DNA of 64,000 nucleotides, taken from contig CAMYOD010000039.1 in the NCBI GenBank assembly GCA_947259975.1, positions 12,997-76,996 on the forward strand. The letters are read 5' to 3'. Each line of letters starts with the position of its first letter. Positions within the stretch are counted from its first letter, which is position 1. The translations under genes were made by a program, and so were the position numbers. Of the stretch, positions 1 to 10,982 are shown piece after piece. Source of the DNA: an uncultured Gammaproteobacteria bacterium. Its GTDB lineage: Bacteria > Pseudomonadota > Gammaproteobacteria > HyVt-429. The notes below the pieces were generated by a model. The model did no database searches. It was not told the DNA's origin and saw nothing but the letters and a program-made list of their open reading frames with translations.

Positions 1-98
1 CGGTGATTCATGCCTGCCGTAAGGTCGATGAGTTAACCAAAAGCGAAGAACAGATACGCACGGATTATGAAAATCTGCGCCGCATCTTGACAAGCTAA
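1..98 (+). CDS. dnaA: Chromosomal replication initiator DnaA, C-terminal end (partial; gene starts upstream of window)
   Basis: Frame 3 translates as ...VIHACRKVDELTKSEEQIRTDYENLRRILTS, stop TAA at 96-98. This closely matches the DnaA C-terminus ...[32 protein letters not shown], and the position upstream of dnaN fits. Confidence 0.85.
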   Translation, partial: VIHACRKVDELTKSEEQIRTDYENLRRILTS

Positions 99-99
99 A

Positions 100-309
100 G
101 GCTGGGGATGAATTGTGGATAACTTCTGGATATTTCCACAATGAGAGACGAAGGCTCGATATACTCACATAGCGCAATCGATAATGGTGTTTCATCCACA
201 GGGCTGTCATGTATATAACTTATTGTTTTAGTTAACAAAAAAAGCTTTATGCACACTTTTTTGGGCACATAACTATAAACATAAACTACATACTAAGAGA
301 TTAAGTGAT
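100..309. promoter_or_regulatory. AT-rich dnaA-dnaN intergenic region with DnaA-box-like 9-mers; candidate oriC/DUE or DnaA-regulated dnaN promoter
   Basis: TGTGGATAA at 114-122 is the reverse complement of the TTATCCACA consensus. TCATCCACA at 192-200 and TTATGCACA at 247-255 each have one mismatch. ATTTCCACA at 130-138 is a weaker match. The 200-309 stretch is very AT-rich (tatataacttattgttttagttaacaaaaaaagc...) in an otherwise high-GC genome. Confidence 0.5.
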
Positions 310-1410
310 ATGAAGATCACGGTAAAACGCGAACAACTCCTCAAACCCCTGCAGCACATCGCGAGCGTCGTCGAACGCCGACAGACGTTACCGATCCTCT
401 CCAATACGTACCTGAACTACGACGGCACAACACTGCGTCTGACAGGGACGGACCTGGAAGTGGAAGTGATTACCGGGCTGACCGCAGTGGAGGGCTCAGT
501 AGGGGAGACTACCGTGGGCGCGCGCAAGCTACTTGATATCTGCCGAGCGCTGCCGGACGGCGCCGACTTACAGATCACCGCGGAAGGCGACAAGGCCACG
601 GTGCGCTCCGGGCGCAGCCGGTTTGTGCTGCAGACGCTACCGGCGAGTGATTTCCCGAACATCGAGACCGAGGCCTGGGAGCGGGAATTCAGCATCGGCA
701 CGGACGATCTTCACGCACTTTTGGAGCGCACCGCTTTTGCAATGGCACAACAGGATGTGCGCTATTACCTCAACGGCCTGCTCTTGGATATCGACGCAGC
801 CGTAATACGCGGCGTTGCCACCGATGGACACCGGTTGGCTAAGAGCGAGGTGGCGGTGTCTGGTGACGGGCAAACCAGCCAACAGGCGATCGTGCCGCGC
901 AAGGCGATCCAGGAACTGCTGCGCTTTCTGGGCGAGAGTGAAGGGGAGGCCAACATCAAGCTCAACCCGAACCATATGCGGGTGGAGATCGACGATATTA
1001 CTTTCACAACCAAACTTATAGACGGGCGCTATCCGGACTATGAAAAGGTCCTGCCACGAGACATACCGGTGGCACTGCAGCTGGATAAAGCTCAGTTCCG
1101 CGACACCCTAAGCCGCGCGGCGATTCTCACCAACGAAAAATTCCGCGGTGTGAAGATCGAGCTGAGCAAGGGGCAAATGAAAGTAACCGCCCATAACCCG
1201 GAGCAGGAAGAGGCAAACGACGAGATGGTCATCGACTATGACGGTGCTGAACTCGAGGTCGGATTCAACGTGTCCTATCTGATCGACGCCATCAATGCCC
1301 TGCCGGGCGAGTCTGTACAATTCAACCTCAAAGACCAAAACAGCAGCTGCGTGCTGCGCACCGCAGAGGATGAAAAGACCTTCTATCTGGTCATGCCCAT
1401 GCGGTTGTAA
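310..1410 (+). CDS. dnaN: DNA polymerase III subunit beta (sliding clamp)
   Basis: 366-aa ORF MKITVKREQLLKPLQHIASVVERRQTLPILSNTYL... with typical beta-clamp length and N-terminus, immediately downstream of dnaA. Confidence 0.97.
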   Translation: MKITVKREQLLKPLQHIASVVERRQTLPILSNTYLNYDGTTLRLTGTDLEVEVITGLTAVEGSVGETTVGARKLLDICRALPDGADLQITAEGDKATVRSGRSRFVLQTLPASDFPNIETEAWEREFSIGTDDLHALLERTAFAMAQQDVRYYLNGLLLDIDAAVIRGVATDGHRLAKSEVAVSGDGQTSQQAIVPRKAIQELLRFLGESEGEANIKLNPNHMRVEIDDITFTTKLIDGRYPDYEKVLPRDIPVALQLDKAQFRDTLSRAAILTNEKFRGVKIELSKGQMKVTAHNPEQEEANDEMVIDYDGAELEVGFNVSYLIDAINALPGESVQFNLKDQNSSCVLRTAEDEKTFYLVMPMRL

Positions 1411-1427
1411 AAAGGCTCACCGACCTT

Positions 1428-3993
<2,566 letters not shown>

Positions 3994-3996
3994 ACG

Positions 3997-4377
3997 CTAA
4001 TGTAGGCTGCGCGGTATCGCCAGGGTAAAGGTCGGGATCTCGGCCTCGAAGTCGATACCGTCCTCGCCGGCGAGCTGGTAACTGCCGCGCATACTGCCGA
4101 CCGGCGTCTCCAGCACGGTACCGCTGGTGTACTGAAAACTCGTGCCCGGCGCCAGGCTGGGTTGCTCGCCGACCACACCTTCACCCCGCACCTCCTGCAC
4201 TTTGTTGTTGGCGTCGGTGATGATCCAGTGGCGCGACATAAGTTGTGCGCCCACGGAACCGATGTTGGTGATGGTGATGGTATAGGCGAACACGAATCGA
4301 TTGGCTTCGGGAGCGGATTGATTTTCGACGTACGCGGTACGTACCTTGATATCGATTTGATGTTCTGTGGTATCCAT
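3997..4377 (-). CDS. apaG: ApaG (DUF525) protein
   Basis: 126-aa ORF with ...RFVFAYTITITNIGSVGAQLMSRHWIITDANNKVQEVRGEGVVGEQPSLAPGTSFQYTSG..., near-collinear with E. coli ApaG. Its stop is 3 bp from the gyrB stop (convergent). Confidence 0.9.
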   Translation of the reverse strand: MDTTEHQIDIKVRTAYVENQSAPEANRFVFAYTITITNIGSVGAQLMSRHWIITDANNKVQEVRGEGVVGEQPSLAPGTSFQYTSGTVLETPVGSMRGSYQLAGEDGIDFEAEIPTFTLAIPRSLH

Positions 4378-4444
4378 CTTGATCGCGGTGTGCTCTCGAG
4401 GTCTTCTTTGTATTCTGCCCCATCGCCAGAGGCATTGACAGTGG

Positions 4445-5284
4445 TCAGGTGGGCGCGCGCGGGTCCTGCGCCTGCGCGCAAACGTACTGTGCGATGTCCG
4501 CTTCCGGCGTATCCAGACGCACCGCGGACAGGTGCCCGCCCCATACGCAACCCGTATCCAGCGCCATGATGTGCGGGTCGATGTGTAAACCCAATGTCGA
4601 CCAGTGGCCGAAGATGAGCCGGGTGTCGGCGCTGCGCCGATTTGTTACCTGAAACCACGGTCGCAACGGATCCGGCTGTGAGCCGGGGGCGCCCTTGTGT
4701 TTCAGATGCATGCGGCCGTCGGCGTCGCAATAGCGCAATCGTGTCATGGCATTAATGATGACCCGCAATCGCTCCCAGCCTCCCAAGTCGTCATGCCAAT
4801 GATCCGGTGTATCCCCATACATGTTTGCGAACAATTCACCGTAGCCATCTCCGCGCAACACACTCTCGACCTCCCGCGCCAGGCTCGCCGCGGTCGCAAA
4901 ATCCCATTGCGGTAGTAATCCGGCATGTACCATGGCGCAACCATGCGTTGCGTCATGTGTAAACAGCGGGCGATGGCGCAACCAGGCCAATAGCTCGTCG
5001 CGATCCGGCGCGGCGAGGATGTCTGTGAAGGTATCGCGGCGTTTCACGGGCTGCCGGCCGTCAGCGATCGCCAGGAGGTGCAGGTCATGGTTGCCCAAGA
5101 CCGTGGTTGCGCCGGCGCCGAGCCCGTATACGAAGCGTAAGACTTCGAGGGACGCCGGGCCGCGATTCACCAGATCCCCGGTGAACCAGATTTTGTCGCG
5201 GTCGGGATCGAAGCTCACTTGGTCGAGCAGTTTCAGCAGGGGCTCGTAGCAGCCCTGCACATCGCCGATTGCGAACAGGGCCAT
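4445..5284 (-). CDS. apaH: Bis(5'-nucleosyl)-tetraphosphatase, symmetrical (diadenosine tetraphosphatase)
   Basis: 279 aa, MALFAIGDVQGCYEPLLKLLDQVSFDPDRDKIWFTGDLVNRGPASLEVLRFV...GNHDLHLL, showing the metallophosphatase motifs of ApaH. Its start overlaps the pip stop by 1 nt (TGATG). Confidence 0.92.
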   Translation of the reverse strand: MALFAIGDVQGCYEPLLKLLDQVSFDPDRDKIWFTGDLVNRGPASLEVLRFVYGLGAGATTVLGNHDLHLLAIADGRQPVKRRDTFTDILAAPDRDELLAWLRHRPLFTHDATHGCAMVHAGLLPQWDFATAASLAREVESVLRGDGYGELFANMYGDTPDHWHDDLGGWERLRVIINAMTRLRYCDADGRMHLKHKGAPGSQPDPLRPWFQVTNRRSADTRLIFGHWSTLGLHIDPHIMALDTGCVWGGHLSAVRLDTPEADIAQYVCAQAQDPRAPT

Positions 5285-6246
5285 CAGTCGGTGGCTGATA
5301 TCAGGCGGCGCGCCATGGTTACGGTGCTATGCACCAGGGCGTCGACGATCCCGGGTTCGAGGGCGGAATGGCCCGCGTCGGGCACGATATCGAGTTCGCA
5401 AACCGGCCAGGCGCGGCGCAACTCCCAGGCGCTCTCCAGGGGGCAGACAACATCGTAACGTCCGTGGATGATGGTGCCAGGAATGTCGGCGAGTCGGTCT
5501 GCATCCCGCAGAATCTGGTTCGGCTCGAGAAAACTGTCATGAGTGAAATAGTGGGCCTCGATACGGGCCAGGCTCAGAGCGGTATGCGGGCTGCCGAATG
5601 TGTTCACCACCGCCTTGTTCTGGCGCAGATTTGACGTGCGCCCTTCCCACACGGCCCACGCCTTGGCCGATGCCATGCGCGCGAGTTCATCGTCACCGGT
5701 CAGGCGCCGATAATGTGCGGCGACCAGGTCGTCGCGTTCCGCGACCGGAATCGGTGCCACGAAGTCCTCCCAGTGATCGGGAAATAACCGCTTGGCACCG
5801 TCCTGGTAAAACCAGTGAATTTCCCGCGGCCGGCACAGAAAAATGCCCCTGAGGATCAGACCGAGCACCCGCTCCGGATGAGTTTGCGCATATACCAGGC
5901 TCAGCGTGGAACCCCAGGAGCCGCCGAACAGCACCCACTGCTCGACGCCGAGGAAGGCGCGTATCTGCTCCATATCCGCGACCAGCGCCGCGGTAGTGTT
6001 GTCTTGCAGGGACGCATGCGGCCGCGAGCGCCCGGCACCGCGCTGATCGAAAAGAATGATGCGGTAGATGTTGGGATCGAAAAACCGTCGCTGATATTCC
6101 TCGCAGCCCGCGCCGGGACCGCCATGTACAAACAGCACCGGCAGACCGTCCGGGTTGCCGCACTCTTCAATATAGAGCTCATGGGGTGGGTCGACCGCCA
6201 GCGAGTGCGTGGTGTTCGGTTTGATTTCCGGAAACAGCACGCGCAT
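5284..6246 (-). CDS. pip: Prolyl aminopeptidase (proline iminopeptidase), alpha/beta hydrolase
   Basis: MRVLFPEIKPNTTHSLAVDPPHELYIEECGNPDGLPVLFVHGGPGAGC...GGSWGSTLSLVYAQTHPERV matches the Pip N-terminus and the GxSxG nucleophile elbow. An internal ATG at 6244-6246 was chosen because the longer ORF (to 6378) would overlap mlaA. Confidence 0.85.
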   Translation of the reverse strand: MRVLFPEIKPNTTHSLAVDPPHELYIEECGNPDGLPVLFVHGGPGAGCEEYQRRFFDPNIYRIILFDQRGAGRSRPHASLQDNTTAALVADMEQIRAFLGVEQWVLFGGSWGSTLSLVYAQTHPERVLGLILRGIFLCRPREIHWFYQDGAKRLFPDHWEDFVAPIPVAERDDLVAAHYRRLTGDDELARMASAKAWAVWEGRTSNLRQNKAVVNTFGSPHTALSLARIEAHYFTHDSFLEPNQILRDADRLADIPGTIIHGRYDVVCPLESAWELRRAWPVCELDIVPDAGHSALEPGIVDALVHSTVTMARRLISATD

Positions 6247-6289
6247 GGCTACTCGCGCACCTCGGCACCGGGACTGCGATCGCAATCCA

Positions 6290-7035
6290 TCATTCTTCCA
6301 GCAAGTAATCCAGCGGCGGATTGCCGTCGTGAATGAGATTGAGTCGTTGTTGGCGATAAGCCTCACGGGCGAAGACATAGGGATCCAGGGCGGCCTGGTC
6401 CATCACTTCGGTGGCGCCGAGCAGCTGGGCGCGGGTATTGACGATGTCCAGGATCCGCAGAGACCACTCAACACCATCATCGGAAAGGTCCTGCAGTGGG
6501 TCCATATAGCCGATCTGCAGTGCGCGGCCGAAGGCGTCGCGCACGTTGCTGGGACCCAGCAAGGGCAGGACCAGATAGGCGCCGGGTTTTGCTCCCCAGA
6601 CCGCGAAACTTTGCCCGAAGTCCTCCTGGTTGCGTTCCATCCCCATCTTGCTGGCAACGTCGAAAAGGCCGCCGATACCAAAGGTTGTATTGAACACGAA
6701 GCGACCCGTGTCGCTGGCTGCCTGGCCCAGCTTGCCCTGCAAAACGTCGTTGACCACGACCGTGGGCTCCAGCAGGTTGTTGAAAAAATTCGCCACAATC
6801 TTACGCACGGGCGCTGGCGCCTTGGCGTAGCCTTTGGCCACCGGCTGGAGCACGTGTTTATCGAACGACATGTTGTAATCGAAGATCTTGCGGTTGACCT
6901 TCTCAAAAGGATCGTACGGCCCGTCGGCTGCGGTATGGCTCGTGCTCGCGCAGCCGCTCAGGAGCAGGAGCAAGAGCAGGGCAAACAGGCGCAGAAGTTG
7001 TGGCTTGTGAGTGGGTCGCGTGTCCGTGATCATGG
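6290..7035 (-). CDS. mlaA: MlaA/VacJ family outer-membrane lipoprotein (phospholipid asymmetry maintenance)
   Basis: MITDTRPTHKPQLLRLFALLLLLLLSGCAS (lipobox LSGC) followed by ...DPFEKVNRKIFDYNMSFDKHVLQPVAKGYAKAPAPVRKIVANFFNNLLEP..., the conserved MlaA core. Start set at an internal Met; the upstream extension overlaps pip. Confidence 0.85.
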
Positions 7036-7135
7036 GGGCGGTTCGGGGTGTGGTCGGCGCCGATGATTTTCGCGCGCATTTTACCACAGCGTTCGCAACC
7101 GGTCTGTTTGCTGCCGGCGGCAGGCCGGCCGCTGC

Positions 7136-8671
7136 TCAGGGAGCGGTGTCAGCCGCGACAACGATGCCGCTGGGTGGCGGATGTTTGCTGTACAGCAGGC
7201 GGCGGATATCCGGCACGAGAAAGTCGATCAGGCGGTAGACTCGATCCGCCAGCTCTAAATAGCGATCGAACAGGTTGGCAATCGCCTGGTCTTTGGTTTC
7301 CTCTACAAAACCTTCGGTTTGCCGTCGCGTAATGTCCAGCAACCGTATCATCTCCGTGAGCACGACATAGGATTCTTTCTCCAGTTGGCGAATCTCGCTG
7401 CCGTCACTGAAAAATTCCTCCACATTCATCTCCGGTGACACGCCCATGGCGCGTGGAAACTGTCCAAGCTCGGAAAGCCGACTGACGAAATTGCGCAACG
7501 CCTCGCTTGGCGCCTCCTGAACGCTTGTTGTGGTGAGGCTCTCGGTTTCGAGTTCCCGTAATTTACCTTCAAGCACGGCCAGGTGTTCGAGAAAGTCGAC
7601 CAGACTGCTGAAACCGGCGAAAAAGGTGGTCTCATAATCCGCCGCCGCGAGTTGCGAGGTCACGGCATTCTGCCCCGGGGGTACCGCGTCGGCCACAGGT
7701 GCTTTGCCGAGGAGGGAATCCAGCGCGTTCACGAAGCGGGCGTCGTACTTCGGTGTCAGCGGCGCGCCGGCGGCGGACACCGACTGGGCGCTGAGGGCCA
7801 GGGCCGAAACGGCTTCGTCCGGGGATTTGCCCTTGCGCGTCATGGCGACGAAGGCGGACGCCACGGTGACGATACGGGCGTAATCGCCCGGCACATGGAC
7901 GGCATCCGGGTAACCGGTGCCGTCGATGTGTTTCTGGTGCCCATGGACGGCGGCCAAGACGTCGGCGGAGACGGCCATGGTCTTCGCCAGCACGCGAAAA
8001 CTGATCGTTGGGTGTCGCTTGATGGTGGCGAAGTCCTGCTCCGAGAGTTTCCCTTTCCGTAACACCGCCGAATCCACGAAGACCATCCCAATGTCCGCGG
8101 TGAGCCCGGCCAGCGTCAGGTCGTGCACGATTTCCGGCAGGTAACCGAATCTGCGACCGATCAGCGCACACACCAGGGCAGTGCCGACAACGGAGGTGTA
8201 GTGGCCGGATACGATCGCGTCCGCGCCGCTGCAGCGTTCGCCCAGGGAAAGCACGGTGGCGAGCACGTCCCGGTCCTCGCCCAGGTTGTCGCTGAGAGCC
8301 GTGACCGCCGCACGCATGGCGCCGAGGTCGTAGGGGCGGCCGCCCAACAGGTCGCGCTCGAACTCCCTGACCGCGTTTACCGTCTGGGCGATGTGAATCT
8401 GATCGTTGAAATCCTCGATGTCGCGTATGTTGTCACGCTGCCGGTGCATCAGAAGCTGGCCCACGAGTGCCGGCGTCAGGACGGCGCCGGCGGCAAAGAT
8501 CGTGACACCTTTGCGATTGACGATATGTTGCACACTGCGCCACTCGAGCCGGTCAAGCTGCGGCAGACGCTCGGCGGCCAGACGCTCGATCATATCGGCG
8601 TCGAGGCCGAGATTGGCGAGCTTCAGGTCATGTATCGTCGGTCCGCTGCGGTCGTGCGCGAGTTCGTTCAT
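7136..8671 (-). CDS. HD-GYP domain-containing protein (putative c-di-GMP phosphodiesterase) with a long C-terminal extension
   Basis: Contains an HD...HHE...DGTGYP arrangement (…AAVHGHQKHIDGTGYPDAVHVPGDYARIVTVASAF…). Start taken at MNELAHD, with GGGGA 4 nt upstream; the longest ORF extends to 8716. Confidence 0.8.
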   Translation of the reverse strand: MNELAHDRSGPTIHDLKLANLGLDADMIERLAAERLPQLDRLEWRSVQHIVNRKGVTIFAAGAVLTPALVGQLLMHRQRDNIRDIEDFNDQIHIAQTVNAVREFERDLLGGRPYDLGAMRAAVTALSDNLGEDRDVLATVLSLGERCSGADAIVSGHYTSVVGTALVCALIGRRFGYLPEIVHDLTLAGLTADIGMVFVDSAVLRKGKLSEQDFATIKRHPTISFRVLAKTMAVSADVLAAVHGHQKHIDGTGYPDAVHVPGDYARIVTVASAFVAMTRKGKSPDEAVSALALSAQSVSAAGAPLTPKYDARFVNALDSLLGKAPVADAVPPGQNAVTSQLAAADYETTFFAGFSSLVDFLEHLAVLEGKLRELETESLTTTSVQEAPSEALRNFVSRLSELGQFPRAMGVSPEMNVEEFFSDGSEIRQLEKESYVVLTEMIRLLDITRRQTEGFVEETKDQAIANLFDRYLELADRVYRLIDFLVPDIRRLLYSKHPPPSGIVVAADTAP

Positions 8672-8862
8672 CTGGTCCCCGTAAAATCCTGTTCCTTCCC
8701 GGCTCCGGTGCGCCACGCAGGCGGTCCCGCGTCGGTTAACCCCGGCGGCTGATCGGTCATAATTTCCATAGCAAAATCCGGGCCATAATCAGGTGGCCGC
8801 TGAGTTCGCGGTGTTTGCGGGGTGCCCGGCGCGGGTCGCGCCGGGGAATTGACGGCGGCGGG

Positions 8863-9198
8863 CTAGAGCGGTCGGATTTCGGCGTCGCCGCCGGCGCGGC
8901 CCGGCTGGGCGCCGGACGCCATCAGCAGGTCGGTGCGATGGTCCAGTGGTAGGCCGTAGAAGTCCTTCACGTAGCGGGAGATGCGGCGAGGTTGAAACTT
9001 GAACCGCCCCTCGATCGAGGCGATGACTTCACGGGCGCGCGCGCAGGCCGCATCCTCACCCAGGTCGGTCACGAAGGTGCGGCCCTCGAGGCGGAATCCC
9101 GCTGCCAGCATCTTGCTCTTGATTTCGGTCCAAAGGAGATGGCATATCTCGTATTCGTAGGACTCGTAGTCCACATTAACAACGATGCCGTAGGCCAT
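8863..9198 (-). CDS. vapD: VapD-like protein (Cas2-fold endoribonuclease family), orphan
   Basis: 111 aa, MAYGIVVNVDYESYEYEICHLLWTEIKSKMLAAGFRLEGRTFVTDLGEDAACARAREVIASIEGRFKFQPRRISRYVKDFYGLPLDHRTD. It is collinear with VapD (MYAIAFDL…LGFEWTQGSVY…RDIRAFKVTD), and no VapX-like partner or CRISPR array is adjacent. Confidence 0.7.
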   Translation of the reverse strand: MAYGIVVNVDYESYEYEICHLLWTEIKSKMLAAGFRLEGRTFVTDLGEDAACARAREVIASIEGRFKFQPRRISRYVKDFYGLPLDHRTDLLMASGAQPGRAGGDAEIRPL

Positions 9199-9530
9199 GG
9201 TTGCCTCCTCGGGTGCCGCCGCGGGCGGGTCGATGGGTTAGTGCGTCGCGGAAATTTTAACAGGTCTGTATGGCGCGACGCCACCACGTCCGCCAGACCC
9301 GGGTGCGCGGTGATTTCAACAGCGGTTTCGGCGGCCGCTCATGCTCTTCGGTCATAGTGCGCTCGCCTGTCACACAAGCGACCCGCCGATCGTTAGGCAC
9401 GGTGTGGCGCAGGATCGTGCCGCACGGCGCGGGCCGGTATGCGATAATCGCCGGAGCGGATTTTGATACGAACCGCCGCCCGCCCGATCTGGCGGCCCAG
9501 GCACGGGCGCCAACGCGCCGCGAGTTTCTT

Positions 9531-10982
9531 ATGAAAGCGACATTTATCTTGCTGATTTGCGTCCTGGGCGCGTTTGCCCACGGGCCCGTGGGGGCGGCGG
9601 AAGCGCTCTCATTGCCGGCCGCATTGGGACGCGTGCTCGCCGATTACGAACCCCTGCAGGTGGCGGCGCGCCGGGTCGAGCGGGCGCGCCAGGAGCAGGC
9701 GAAAGTCGAGAGCACCCTGGGGTGGGTGGCCTCGGCGAATAGCGGGGTGTCCCGGGACCTATCGTTTGTCGGCTCGCCCACGAACCGGTTCGATGCGGGG
9801 GCCGGCCTGGAGCGCCGCCTGGCCGAAGGGTCCAGCGTCGCGGTCACGTCGGTCTACACCTATGAGGACGCCAGTGCCCAGTTCAGCCCGTTGTTTCCCG
9901 ACCCGGCACATTCGAGCGCACTGGATCTCAACTACCGCAAGCCGCTGCGGCGCGGCGTCGGTAACCCGGACTACGCCCAGGGGCTCGTCTCCGCCGACGC
10001 GGGCGTGGCGGCAGCCGCGGCCGACCGCCTGAGCTTGCGGGATCAGGTCGCGGCCCAGGTGATCGAATTGTACTATGCCGCCGCACTTACCCGGGCGCGG
10101 CGGCTGAACGCGGCGCAGGCCATCGAGCGCGCGCGCCGCCTCAAGACCTTCGTGCAGGACAACACCCGCCTCGGCGTGTCGGAGGAGAAGGATCTGCTGC
10201 AGGCGGAGGCGCAGCTGCGATCCCAGCGCGCGGAACATACTGCGTTGCGTGCGCCGTGGGAGCAACAGCGCACCGCATTGAATCGATTGATGGGACGCCC
10301 CTGGGACGCGGAATTTCGACCGGCGGTCACGAAGCGCCCGCAGCAGATCGCGGCCGATACGGCGAACTTGTTTGCCGAGGCCAGCGCCTACAATCCGGCG
10401 CTGCGGCGTAACCAGCAGGACCTGCGCAGCGCGGACGCGGAACTCGAGCGGGTGCGTGACGCGCGCAAGGATACGCTGGATGTGCTTTTGAATATCGGTA
10501 CCCGCACTCTCGACGGTGATGCCGCCACAACCGACGTGGACGAGGCGGATCTGGCCGGCGGTGTCGGTATCGAATACCGGCGCGCATTGGATCAGCGCGG
10601 TTTCGATGCACAACTCTACCAGGCACAAATCGATCGCAGGATCGTCATGGACGAGGGCCAGATCCTCGAACGCGACCTGCGCTACGAGCTTACCGGGTTG
10701 CTGGCGGAGCATGCGGCAGGGCAGCAGGGGCTGCGGGACTACCGCCGCCGCCTGGCAGGCGAGCGCGCCAAGTTCGACGAGGCGCTGGGCCGCTATCGTA
10801 CCGGCCGCACCGACACCAGCGACCTGATCCGGTTTGAGAACGAGTTGCTCGCGGCGCAGCTTGCGTTCGAGCAGCAGCGTATCGAGCTCGACCGGCTCGC
10901 CGCGCGTATCGACTTGTTGCGCGGCAGTCTGTGGCAATCGGTACCCGGCGCCGACACCCTCGCGTCGGACAAGGTCGAATGA
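9531..10982 (+). CDS. TolC-family outer membrane efflux protein (OMF)
   Basis: ATG at 9531 (MKATFILLICVLGAFAHGPVGAAEA signal peptide). It has the two-repeat OMF architecture and ends ...YRTGRTDTSDLIRFENELLAAQLAFEQQRIELDRL. Its stop overlaps the RND start (ATGA). Confidence 0.85.
   Translation: MKATFILLICVLGAFAHGPVGAAEALSLPAALGRVLADYEPLQVAARRVERARQEQAKVESTLGWVASANSGVSRDLSFVGSPTNRFDAGAGLERRLAEGSSVAVTSVYTYEDASAQFSPLFPDPAHSSALDLNYRKPLRRGVGNPDYAQGLVSADAGVAAAAADRLSLRDQVAAQVIELYYAAALTRARRLNAAQAIERARRLKTFVQDNTRLGVSEEKDLLQAEAQLRSQRAEHTALRAPWEQQRTALNRLMGRPWDAEFRPAVTKRPQQIAADTANLFAEASAYNPALRRNQQDLRSADAELERVRDARKDTLDVLLNIGTRTLDGDAATTDVDEADLAGGVGIEYRRALDQRGFDAQLYQAQIDRRIVMDEGQILERDLRYELTGLLAEHAAGQQGLRDYRRRLAGERAKFDEALGRYRTGRTDTSDLIRFENELLAAQLAFEQQRIELDRLAARIDLLRGSLWQSVPGADTLASDKVE

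Noticed and set aside
5284-7087. The longest-ORF versions of pip (5284-6378) and mlaA (6290-7087) overlap by 89 nt, as do the membrane protein 20289-21041 with the T2SF-like gene, dsbB 32394-33125 with the repeats, and pilU 33501-34952 with the MITE
   Set aside because: In each case an internal start with a plausible RBS and the expected N-terminus (Pip MRVLFPEIKP, lipoprotein signal for MlaA, TTG+GGAGGAGGG, PilU MEFKDYLV) removes the overlap. The long versions were not used.
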